A DNA stretch of 64,000 bases, from contig JAAOMT010000040.1 of NCBI GenBank assembly GCA_016748015.1, positions 750,754 to 814,753 on the forward strand. Reading direction: 5' to 3'. Each line of letters starts with the position of its first letter. Position 1 is the stretch's first letter. Both the position numbers and the translations under genes were made by a program. The notes under the pieces were generated by a model. That model saw nothing but the letters and a program-made list of their open reading frames with translations. It was not told the origin of the DNA and ran no database searches. Origin of the DNA: Geosiphon pyriformis uo1 (lineage: Eukaryota > Fungi > Glomeromycota). Positions 52,013 to 64,000 of this stretch are shown here, in pieces.

Positions 52013-54990
52013 ATAAGATCAAGATATGAGATCTGGTTTGAATATCCTGTTAGTGTTGTTTGGAATTGTATATTGTTATAATTTACTGATCTGAATGGTA
52101 TATTAATAAGTTGTGCTTAATTTTCATTAATGTTTTGCCATTTTTAATTATATTCAATATCTCAAAATCTGAAATTATTATATACTAGAGCTTAATATTG
52201 AGGTGTTGTCTATGCTATTGCTTGTAAAAACTAATAATAAGTTGAAAATAGTTAAGATAAATACTATAATTATAAATATTATGACAAAAAATATTAGAAT
52301 TTCATGGTTTAAAAATATTTTGGTTGTAATTAATATTGATTTTTTCAGTTTTAATTGGCTAGTTTTTTTTTGCAATCTCTTATAATATGTCTGAATTTTT
52401 GACAATAATAATAATTGTGAAAATTTAATTTTTAAGATTGTTTTTGTTGTTGTCAATTCTGCTGTTATTAATAATTGCTAAAGTTATTTTTATATTGTGA
52501 TGATTAATAAATTTTAGAGTTTTCTGTTAAAAATATTTTAATTGAGTAAGCTTGGCATTAATATTTGATGTTTTATTTATGGTTAAGTTAACAGTTTGAA
52601 TATAATTAACTTCTTGTTTTATTGATTTAAAGTTATAAGTAAGTATTATAGTCTCTTATAAGCTATTAGGATAACAGAGTTTAATAAATTAAAGAATACT
52701 GTTTTTTAGTCTTTTGATAAATTGTTTAAGAGTTTGTTTTAGTATATAATAGTCTTTTTTGATTGCCTAAATTTGGTAAAAGATTTGATTAAATTGTTTA
52801 AGATAAGTGGTTATCATTTTATAATTCTTTTGTTTTATTATACTAAACTGATTTTGTATTTTAATAAGCATATTAAGATTACAGAAATATTATAAAAAAG
52901 CAAGTTTAAAAGCAGCAAAGTTGGCTGGTTTTTCTTTAAAAGTTTGGTATCATGAATTTGTGATTCTTGTTAAGAAGAATAGTAGGACTTAGATTGTTTT
53001 GGCTTTATCTTAATTATTGGTTCTAATTGCTTTTTTAGCTTTTACAATTTAAATATATGTATTTTTTTCTTTATTAAAGAATTTTTTCAGTTTAACAATA
53101 TCTTTGTAAGTTATAATCTGAATAATAAGAATTGATTTAATTATTAACAAAAAAATATTGACAAATATATGTCTGGTTGTTTTGCTGAGTTTACAGTATT
53201 ATAAGTGATTATTTAAAATATTAAAACAAATAACAAACTTATAATTTGGTGCTTAATAGCTAAAAATATTGGTAACTTCTGAAGATTTTGAAGTCTAAAA
53301 GTTTTGGTTAGGTCTTTTGTATAATAAATAAAGATTTAATTGATGATTTTTTTTATGAATTTTTTTCTTCAGTATAGTAACTGGTTTATTTTAGCAGTTA
53401 TGCCTTTTTAATAAATTATTTTTAATATTTCTACTCTTGTTTTCAGGTTTTTTATCAAATTATTTTTAATATTAAATACTCAGTGCTTAATTTTTTTAAT
53501 TAATTAGTAAACAACAAAAAATCAAAACAAAAAAAAATCAAAAAAATCAAAAAAAAAATCAGAAATTAGTATTCTGTTAATAGTTATAATTAAGAGCTAT
53601 TGGTTCAATATAATTAAGTATTGGATTTTATTAACATAGAGTGTTGATAATATAGATAGATTAATATTTTTTTAATCGAATAATAATAACATAAATTGAA
53701 TAATAATTATATATTTTATTGATATTAATATGATTTTACTTTAATTTATAAAAAACTATCTTTTAAAAAGAGAAGTATTTTTTTTTGACTTTTTTTTTTT
53801 TGCTTCTAATATTTTTGCTATATATACATAATTTATGTTAGACAAAATTTTTTAAAATTTTTTAATTCTTTTAAAAAAAATTCTGGAATTTTAGAATTCC
53901 TTTTTTTACTATATCTATTTCTAATTTTTATAAGTAAAATTTTTTTTTAATATTAAATTCTGTCAAAATCTTCTAAATTTTCTAAATCTTCTAAATTTTC
54001 TAAATCTTTTTTTTAAATTAGCTCTATAACTTTTTTTTTAAAAATTATTTGGACAATATTGGTTTGCAATTTTTTAAATTAGGCATTAGTAATTTTTTCT
54101 AATTGGTTGATGATTATTATGTTTATTGTTAAGTATAGCAATATTTTTGAGCAGTCTTGAAATTTTGCTTGTAATTAGTATATTGTTTGTATCTATATAA
54201 ATAAATTGTTTTTTCCTATAAATTGTTTAAGTTATTATAATATTATTATATTAAATATTTATTTTGTTTTATCTATATATAAGTTTTAAATATGAAGTTT
54301 TTATTCCAAGTGGTAATAGCAAAAGTTTTTTGAAAATTGTTGTGTTTACTATTTTTAATTTTTTTTTATTAACTTCTTATATAGTACTGTTGTCTTTAAT
54401 GTTTTTATGAATATTTTTACTTTTGCTATTATATTTTCTATTAAATTTTTATGTTTTATATATATCTTATATTGTATTTCATATTAAAGTTTTAGTTTTT
54501 TTTAGTATTTTTATATTGATTAATTTATTGATTAATTGTAATTTCTATGTTTAATTATTGATATTTGATTAATTAGAATAGTTGTTAAATTAATAAATAA
54601 ATATTGTTAGTAATTTCTATTTTTTATTTGCATTTGTTATATGTATTGGTTTTTTATATACTGTTCTTGTAAATTAATTTGATGTTTTTGTGTAAATAAT
54701 TATAATTGGTTTTAGATTTTATGGAATTTTATCTAATTAGACTAATATTTGTTATATTTCTAATTGTGAAATATTACTAATAGATGATAATATTATATTG
54801 TAATATGGTTTTAGTTAATTTTTATATGCTGTTTTAACTAAAATTTTGTTGTTCTATCTTAATTTATAAGCTTTATTTTCTAGAATTTTTTAATGTAAAA
54901 TAGTTTGTTTTATTTAAGATCAAATTTTTTACTCCATTGTTTTTTCATTCTATTGTTTTTTTACTTCATTGTTTTTTCACTTTGATATAA
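52013..54990 (-). mobile_element. Ty3/gypsy gag-region relic
   Basis: Minus-strand KKAIRTNN*DKAKTI*VLLFFLTRITNS*YQTFKEKPANFAAFKLAF near 52900-53040 resembles retrotransposon gag capsid; decayed PBS-like TTATATCAAAGT at 54979-54990. Confidence 0.65.
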
Positions 54991-55401
54991 TGTAAAAGTA
55001 CTTTGTTTTTAATCTTAAATTCGACTGGTTTATCTAATAGCTGGTTATCATTGTTACTTATAAAAAAGAACATATAAGAAAATAGTAGAAAAAACAGATA
55101 GACCAATAGAAAAATAGTAGTTAAAACATAAGCATATTGTTTAAGAAATTATAACACATTGTTCAAGAATGTGAATGATCTTATAGAACCCAAATTATGT
55201 ATATATAGCAAGAGTGTTAAAAGCAAAAAAAACAGAATTAATACCAAGATCTCCTTATTTAGGCATCTTAGTTAAAATTATTAATATTAATAAATAATTA
55301 TTTATCATCTAAATTATTCTTTTCACTATTAATATTTCATGTTAATAGTATTCAATATTTGATTACACTAAAACAATAGCTTTTGATTATGGCTATTGAC
55401 A
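54991..55401 (-). repeat. putative LTR (TG...CA, about 410 bp)
   Basis: Starts TGTCAATAGCC after a purine-rich tract, ends ...TTACA before the PBS-like motif; homologous inverted fragment at ~53565-53740. Confidence 0.45.
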
Positions 55402-55799
55402 GAATACTAACTTTTTTTGTCTTGGCTTATTTCTTATTTTATTTATTTATTTTTTATTCTCTCTTCTTTTGTTGTTGATTTACTAATTGATTTAAAAGAA
55501 TTAATGTACAGAGTACTGACATTAGAATATAACACTTGTAAAAAACCCAAAAATGAGGATAGACACTTGAAATTAAAGATAACTTACCAAAAGATTGCCA
55601 GCCACTATGCCAAGAAAAAAATTGACAGAATTACAATTCTGAGAGGTAACTGAAAACAACTATTAAATTTTTGTCTATTATACAAAAGACTCAACCAAAA
55701 TTTTCAAATTGACCAAAATTTTCAGATACCAAAATTTTCAGATAATACCAATTATATCAGTTATTAAATACTAAATTATGAGTTTGTTATTTGATTTAA

Positions 55800-57340
55800 G
55801 ACCCAAATAATCACTTGTAATATTATGTCATTTTTTTTGTTTTGTTTATAACTTTTGTATATTATCAGCTGCTTTTTATCTTGTATTTTTTAAAGTTTTT
55901 ATTAAGTCATATATTTTTTTCAGCAATGTTTTTTGAAAGTTGGCTTCTGTTATTGGTTTAGTTAGATATGTATTGATATTTATTTCAATTGATATTGTAG
56001 CTGTTCTATTATAAATTAATTCAAATAGTGTTGTTTGTATAATATTTTGCTTTATTATCTAATAAGCAAATAATACTGATAGTATGAACAAATTTCATTT
56101 ATCTTGATTTTTTTGGCTGATTTTGGCTATTGTTTTACATAATATTCTGTTGAACTTTTTAATTAAGCCAATTGTTTATAGATAATATAATGATAATAAT
56201 AGTCTCTTAATTTTAAATCTTTGATTTAATTTTGTTAATATTCTGTTTACAAAGTAAGTTTTTTGGTCTGATAACAATTTTTTTGGACATCTATGTTAAC
56301 AAATTAAATTTTGGTATACAAATTTGGTTACAAATTTTGTATCTGCTTTTTGAATTGTTTTAGCTTCTGGCTATTTTGTAAGATAGTTTATAGCTACTGC
56401 TATATATCAGTTGTCTTTACTGATTAATATTAAGGATCTAATTAAGTCAATTCTAATTTGATTAAATAGTTGTTATACTTTGATTGGTTTTAATAGTTTA
56501 CTGGATTTTATTTTTTCTTTTCTTTGACAAACATTACAACTTTAAATATATTAGATAATATTTGAATATATTGATAGCTAATAGTATTTTTTTTTGGTTT
56601 TTTTTATAATTGCTTCTTTATGAAAATGTTCTGTAATTGGATCTAAGTACAAGTTGAACAATATTGTTTTTTTCTCTGGTTCTGTAATTACTCTGAATAA
56701 CTGGTCTAGATTTTTTTTGTTTTTTTAATATAATATATTTTGATAAATAATAAAATATTTTAATTGTTGTTTTATGTTGTTTTGTTCTTTTTGAAATAAT
56801 TTTTTCTTAAACTGTTGAGTATCAATATAATATTAAAGTTGTTAATATTTTTGTGTGTTTATTTTTTGTTATATTTTTGGGTTGAAATATTTAGATTTGT
56901 TTTATTTATAACAAACTATTAGCATTTCCGTTTTTTTTTCTTTTTATAATATATAATATAATTAAATAGTAATAGTTCTATTTTCTATCTTACATAATAA
57001 TTATCTTCAAATTTTTGTTTTTGGATTAATGTTAATCCTTTGTAATTATTATATATATCAAATTTTTGACTTAAATATTTTTTCTATTTAATAACAGCTC
57101 AATAAATAGCTATGTATTCTAATACTGAAGTTTTATAGTTCTTTTTGGCTGGACTTAAACTTTAGTTAATATATGCTCTAAATATTCTTATTCATCAATT
57201 TTTTTTTGTGACAATACAGCTCTCAATGTTTGATTGAATATATTGGTAGTAATTATGAATGACTTGTTATAATCTGGATAAATTAATACAAAAGCTTATT
57301 ATGCTATCTAATAATATTTTTTTGTTTGGCTGTACTGTTT
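55800..57340 (-). mobile_element. Ty3/gypsy pol relic (RNase H + integrase)
   Basis: Minus-strand KNYKTSVL..IAIY (RNase H-like), IAVAINYLTK*PEAKTI, LLSDQKTYF, QTIGLIKKFNR (cf. QTNGLVERFNR). Confidence 0.8.
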
Positions 57341-57344
57341 AATT

Positions 57345-59250
57345 TCTTAATATTGCATATGGCAATTTTCTAGTTAAATCTGTCATTAAAAAAAATTTTG
57401 TTGAAAAATCTAAAACAGTATTTATTTAATCTAATCTAACTAATACTAAGCTAATTATATTTTTAAGTACAGCCAATTTTAATTCCAAATCACCAATTTT
57501 GATTATTAAATTTTAGAACTGTTTAGACTTAAATCTAAAATATCAGATACTATCAGAAAAGAAAATATAGATAAAATTTGTGATTTATCCATAATTATAC
57601 TCAAATTTAAACTGGAATTCAAAGCTAAAAATAAAGCTAAAGCAAAAAGTAGAGAGACAAAAGTCAGAAAAACCAATTTTATGCCATTTATTCTGTACAA
57701 AACACCAAAAATTTGGTTAGTTAACAATTTTAATAAGTGTCCAAAAAAAGTTAAATAAGTTCCAATAGACAAAACATTTTATTAAGAAAAAAAATCTTAA
57801 CAATATGCAAAATGCTAAAGAAAGATAAACCAGAATCAGAATTAAATAAGACATTATTAGAAACCAAAGATAATGTCCATAACTTGCCATTAAAAGCAGT
57901 AAAATGAAAGATAAAAATATTTTTCTTGGTATACAATTTAACCAGCTGCAAATAATTCTCATTTGAAACAAACTTTTAAATACTTTTAAAAACAAAAAAA
58001 TAAAGACATCAAAAGCATTACACTTTAAAGCAAAATGTCCAAAGTGCTTATATTTTTTATATTTAATTAAATCCAATTTGGTCCAAGAGAATTTTACATT
58101 ATTTAAAATTGGCTCTGTGCAAAATACAGAATTTAAATCATCATCTGTCTTAAATTTAACTACAGTACAATAAACCCTATTGCCAGTTTTAAATAACTGA
58201 TTAATAATATAAATTTTTTTATCAGTTTTTTTCAAAAAAATGCTAAAATCATGTACAATTATACTTATAAACAAAGTAAATAAAAGTGTTTTAAAACAAT
58301 TTTTTAATATTCAAACATCTTAATTTTCTATAGTTTTTGTTATATATACAAAGTTTTTATTAATTAAGAATAACTAATTAAATATTAATTGATCAGCTTA
58401 ATTTGATTTAGCAAATTCTATTATAGTTTTTTATTAAAGTTTAATAAGTTGCAATTTAATAAACACAATTTGATTATACTCAGATATTACAATAATAATT
58501 ATTTTTTTAAGTGTATTTATGAGAATTTTTTTAATTACTACAGTCTAATCTAACTTAATTCTTTGTTTTTTGACATTGTTATTTATAATAATTCCTTTTT
58601 TTTTGGTAAATAATACAGCTTTTTTCATGTTTTTTTTGAAATAAACATAGATTTAATAATTTTTTTAAATTTTGAGAGGATAATAATTTTTCCAAAACCA
58701 TTAATTAATAAAATTTTTTTCTAATTGTTTAAGTTTTTGCTGTTGCCAATTTATTTTTTACAGCCAAAAAATTAATGTTCAATATAAAATATTTCTTGAC
58801 AGATACTTCTACTTGAGTTTTAATATTTTAAAATTAATTCATTTTTTATTTAAAAGCACTGAAAAACAAAAGAAAAGCACAACTTTATTATTATTTAAAC
58901 TGTATTCTAATATTCTAATAGAGAAGCCAATTATTCTACTAGTATTAATTTTTTTAGTTTTAAAAGTATTTATGTTTAAGTTAAAATAACTCTTATTTTT
59001 ACTGTCAGTTTTATATTTAGCACTATTATTAACAAAAAAAACTATTAGCATCTTTTTATTAGTATTCATTTTATTAAACTGTTTAATCATTTGCTTAACT
59101 TCTCCAAATTTTAAATCTGTCTTATCTTTTAAATGTTTAATATTTTCCAAAGACATTTTTTATTACTAAGCAAAACACTTACTAATTAAATCTAAAGCCA
59201 GAACTTTTATTGACTTTTTTTTAATTTAACTTTTTATCTTAATTTTAATA
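57345..59250 (-). mobile_element. LINE-like ORF1 (gag-like, zinc knuckle) relic 1
   Basis: YKKYKHFGHFALKC read as a decayed CxxCxxxxHxxxxC knuckle, preceded by FSWTKLDL; many stops. Confidence 0.55.
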
Positions 59251-59624
59251 ATAATAAAAATAAAACTATTTATAATTTTATATTATTTTACTATATTTTT
59301 TTGTTTAATAAAATTGTTTATATTATATATATTATACATAATCACTTTTCTAATTAAGTTAATTATTAAAATAATAAGTTATAAAATTTAAAAATAAAAT
59401 AAATTGTTTATTTTTAATATTAAATTTATATTTAAACTTTTAATATCTAATTTTATTTTTTTTAAATTAAGTAATTTTTTATTATAATTAAATTTTTAAT
59501 ATTTAATTTAATTTTTTTTATATCAAATAATTTCTTATTATTAACAGTTTTTATTAATAAATATATTTAAATTTTTATTTATTATTATATTATTTAATTT
59601 TTTTTTATTATAAATTTAATGAAT

Positions 59625-61680
59625 ATGGTCCAACCACTATCTAGAAATTAGAACCAAACTAAGTAATCCAAGGCTAAATATGGTTTACATATTTACTACA
59701 TATAACCAGCTATTTAAGCCAGTTCAGGCTATACTATGTTAATACACCAGAAGAAAACTTACCCAAAGAAGACATCTTTTGAATAATCTTAAATAATATA
59801 ACACTATTATTAACCAAACCAATCAACCACTCAGCTGTTTTAAAAGCATCAGCTTTTACAGCAGCAGATTCATGTTTCCAAAGAGATATCAAATTAGAAA
59901 ACATATTATTATTAAAAGATAACAAACTTACATGAAAGCCAGACATATCAACATTTTCAAACCCATACTCAGCTTTCAAAACAACCACTTTCCACTCTAA
60001 CTTACTAACAACTCTGTTAAAAGTACTCATGTAAACCAAAACTTTATTAATTCTAAGACCAAAAGCAAAACTTAAAACCAGATCACAATTAATAAATTGT
60101 TCAAAAACTTTGATCATAAAGCCAACAGACTTAACAATAGATTCAACCAAAACAGAAAGCTTGGCCAAATCAGATTTCAGAGATGTCAATTAAGAAAATA
60201 CCAAAAAATTTTCAACAGCCACAGAAAAAGCAGAAGCCACCAAAAGAGAAAACTCAGAAAGAACAGGGGGAACAAATGCTTTTACATAAGACAAAGAACT
60301 AATAAAATGTGATTTAAACATCTTGAGAGCTTTAGAAGAGAGAGGTAGAGCAATTTTACAGTCCATAGCCAAGTGGCCTATCTCTTAATACTGAAAACAA
60401 TGTTAACAACCAGAGGTTTTCTATTAGATATGGTATTTTTTTAGTGTATTAGTTTTTAGTATTGTAGCATTCAAATCAATCTGAGAATCAAATGTAACCA
60501 AAGCAAACCAAAAACAATAACTAAACTCAGGAGAATAGAAAATAAAACATGTCTGACCACCAACTTAAGAAATCATATCACTAATTTTAAAAACTGTATA
60601 GCCAAAGGGAAAATTGACCAACTTGGCCTTAAATCTATTATAAGACAGAATAGTTTCATTTTGATTTACCAAAAAAAAAATTCTAATACTATCCTTGCTT
60701 ACTAAAACTGACCAGTAATTGAGAGCAGATATAACAGCATTCAAATTTTTAAAGTAAACAACAACATATTACCAAATACCAGCAGATTTTGACTAAATAT
60801 AATAAATTTCACCAAAGACATCAAGAGTCATCTTAATGTTAGCAGCAGATATACCCAAAGACACATCACACAATGTAATAGCAGCAAAAGAAGAGTCAAA
60901 CTCAGAAATCACTAAAAACTTGACAATTTTAAAAATAGTACTAAGTACCAAAGAGGAGACCACTTACCCAGTAAATCTTTGATAACTAGTAATAATTTCT
61001 CAAGCACTATTAGTGACAGCACCAGAAACCAAAAAAGAAGATAAATCAGTTTCTATCTGATTAGTCCAGTTTTCAAGAACAAAGTAACCCAATAGAAGAT
61101 GGTTGTTTTGCTTCCAGAACTGGTGAAAATTTGCCAGAAGACATCATATTAGGCAACACAATTAGTAATTGATTTTGGTCTATCTTGAAAGATGTACTGG
61201 ATAATACAGTAAAAATTTCACCTAAAATATCAATTGGAACCACAAAGAGATTCGATGTAACAATAATAGAAACAAGTAACTGCTCTTATTTTTCTGAACT
61301 TTTGGTTTTTTTGATCATTTTTTTTGAAAATAAAGATACTAGCAATACCAAATATTGAAGCTATAAAAAAGAATACCAGCTTGTTAACTGATTATTTATT
61401 AAACACTTTTGAGCTCTTAGTAAAAATAAAGGCAATACTGAGACTAACTTAAATATATCTCTTTGAAGAAACTTTGACTGATAAAAAACCAGTTAAAGAT
61501 AAAGAAATTGCTTTAATAGTTATCAAAGACAGCTTTTTATGATTAATTAGGTAAAGAAAAAACTTCTAAAACGTTTTGTTTAGTTGTTTTTATTACAGAA
61601 AGAGCTCTTTTGGTTGAAATTTTATTAGATATCTCAGAAAAAATATCAATTGCAGCTTTTTTACTTTTTGCTTTGGTCAT
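59625..61680 (-). mobile_element. LINE-like ORF1 relic 2
   Basis: HCFQY*EIGHLAMDCK knuckle remnant near 60355-60405 followed by coiled-coil LTSLKSDLAKLSVLVESIVK. Confidence 0.55.
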
Positions 61681-61689
61681 GGTCATAAA

Positions 61690-63060
61690 ATTAAGAAAAC
61701 AAAAAATATTTATTTAATTAATTTTATTAAAAAAATTTATTAATAATTTATATTTAAAATAAAATTAGAAAACTATTAGTTAAAAGTATTTAATTTTTTT
61801 ATTAACTTATTTATTTGTTTTATAAAATTAATAAACTGTATTTTAAATTAATAAACAATAATTTTATACTTATTAAAATTGATAAAAAACATAAACAAAA
61901 ATCATGTTAAATATAAATTTGCATAATTTTTTAGTTTAAATTATATATTTTAATATTATAAAACAAAATTTAATTAATTATACAAATTTTTTTATTATAT
62001 AATATTAAAAAACTAAAAAAATCATAAATAATTATATTTATTAACAAAAAATAATATAGATTTCTTAATAATATTATTATAATTAGCAAAATTTTTTGTT
62101 ATAAACCAATAGATTTTAATTTAATTTACAATTTATATATGTATTTATGTATTTTAAATTAGTATTTATTATAATATTTATATTTATTAACAAATTTTTT
62201 TGTTTTACTTAAACTTAATTTTAAATATAAATATAGATTAAATAATTTTTTTAAATTTTAAAAAAATAAAAACTTTACAAATTTATCTATTTAATAACAA
62301 ATTTTTTTTATTGTTAATAAATTAATATTTAATACATAAAACTTTAGAAATTAAACATAATTTTTTTTTATAAAAACTAAAATAAAATCTTTTATTTTTT
62401 TAAACATAAAAAAAGATATTAAAAATATTATTATTATTTAAAATACCAAAATTAGATTATTTAATAGGCTTTTTAACAAAAAAACTAATTTAAGTGTTTT
62501 AAAAAATTATATTATTTATTGTTTATTAACATAATTAATTTTTTAATATAATATTTTTTTATGTTTTTAATATTTGATTCTTTATTAATACTATTATAAA
62601 AACTGTTAACTTTATTTTTTCAAAACACATATTTAAGATTTTTGTTATATTTATGTTTAATATACCAATAGAAAAATTCAATATTTAATATTTTAATATT
62701 AAGTTTTCTAGTTTTTTTGTTTATTTTATTAAAAACATACTTAGAAATATTTTTTTACACTTTAGCAAATTTTTTTTATTATATTAATAACAAAAATATT
62801 TATTATATTCAGCTTAATGAACAAAAATATATTAAAAAAAATAGCAAAAAAAAACCAAAAAAAAACTTTTTTTTGCTCTTTTTATGGTCAAAAGATTAAT
62901 AAAAAAAAGACTTTTATTAACTTATTATTAATTCAAAAGCTTTTTATCAAATTTTATTATTGTTATTAATTTTAATATTAAATTATTTTAAATTGGACAA
63001 GTTAAAAATAATAAATTTTTTTATTCATATTTTTTAAACAAATATATATTGAAAATTAAT
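61690..63060. repeat. extremely AT-rich, fully decayed repeat-derived tract (also 59250-59620)
   Basis: almost devoid of G/C, flanked by TE relics. Confidence 0.6.
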
Positions 63061-63365
63061 GTTTTTCTAACTGGATCTTTCGTTGTTGTCAATCAAAAAT
63101 ACTTGGGTAATTTTTCTTTGCTTATTTTTTTACAGATTATCTAAATTCTGCTGAAAATCTTATCCTTACGTCATTAATTTTGGACCAAATTTTTGGATAT
63201 ATTTAAGATTAACTAAACTGAAATAAACAAATCAAACGCATTCTTTTGTTACAAACAAAATGAAGTTGAAAAAGAGCTTTCGGAACACCTTAGTAGAAGC
63301 AGGTAATCCAGAGCGGAGGTTTATTTCTGCTTAAAGTGTCAGCTTACTTCACCTTGTTCACTCAA

Positions 63366-63575
63366 ATGGCAGAGTATTGGACGAAAGTTGAAAAACCATC
63401 ACTACTCACGTACCTCACGTACCTGAAAGAGCATCAAGTATCAACTAAAACCCTACGGAAGAGAAGATCTTACAATCAATATGTTACCGAGATAAACACA
63501 ATATTGCAGTTTGAAAAAAACAAGAGTCGTCTGAAAATAGCAACAAGAGCGCTAAAAAAATTTATGGAAAGTCTG
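63366..63575 (+). pseudogene. N-terminal exon-like fragment of an uncharacterised gene
   Basis: MAEYWTKVEKPSLLTYLTYLKEH...YNQYVTEINTIL; coding-like composition, no clear downstream exon in window. Confidence 0.35.
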
Positions 63576-64000
63576 GTTTTTTAGAAGGCGGCATTTCTCG
63601 TCCGACCACTTAAGAGCTATGGCAAATGTTACGTCTGCTTGTAATGGTGCACCATCAGCTAGTATGCTGGTTTACACTGACATACGAAAGTCCTCGTTTG
63701 ACTCCTGATGGCCATCAAACAAGAGATCCATTACATAGGCTCTTCCCAAGAATCCTAGGAATATAAAATGAAATAATTAATGTAGAAAGAAAACAATATC
63801 ATTTTTTTATTTCCAAAAAGGATGCTACTTACCAATTATTTGAAACCCACAAATAATCATATCATTCACGCCATCCTCAATGGATTTATCCAAAGCATTC
63901 TTCATTGTTTTTCCAAGAGAGATCAAATCTTTATCGATTAATACATCCCTGGTGTTAGGTGGTTTTACCTCTCCAATAAGCAATTCAATATATTTTCTAG

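Noticed and set aside
1-64000. tRNA, rRNA or prokaryotic/HGT island
   Set aside because: No cloverleaf or rRNA-like tract seen; genes have spliceosomal introns and host-like composition

Overview
AT-rich, intron-containing eukaryotic (fungal) genomic DNA. Gene families and TE relics point to Glomeromycotina (arbuscular-mycorrhizal / Geosiphon-like); this assignment is inference from family recognition only. Apparently intact genes: a CreA/Mig1-type C2H2 regulator with an extra C2HC finger, a tandem pair of class-3 lipase-like genes that both lack the catalytic Ser, two kelch beta-propeller type-I membrane proteins (plus a decayed third copy), a GH20 beta-N-acetylhexosaminidase, a coiled-coil protein, a GBP-like GTPase head-to-head with an active-site-intact rhomboid. 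Disabled genes: a Sel1-repeat/TKL kinase and a kinase relic. Mobile DNA: a 2-kb inverted (foldback-like) structure, a 5.7-kb Tc1/mariner element with TIRs, TA TSD and an opposite-strand cargo ORF, and from about 51.5 kb a nested TE graveyard (second Tc1 end, Ty3/gypsy gag-LTR-integrase, two LINE-like ORF1 relics) showing heavy G>A/C>T decay, much of it TpG>TpA. Best candidate for an undescribed system: the kelch-ectodomain/glycine-zipper TM/SH3-ligand receptor family with a conserved cytoplasmic tail, one member carrying an in-frame mucin-like repeat insert that the ORF track misses. Exon boundaries were read by eye and are approximate unless stated.
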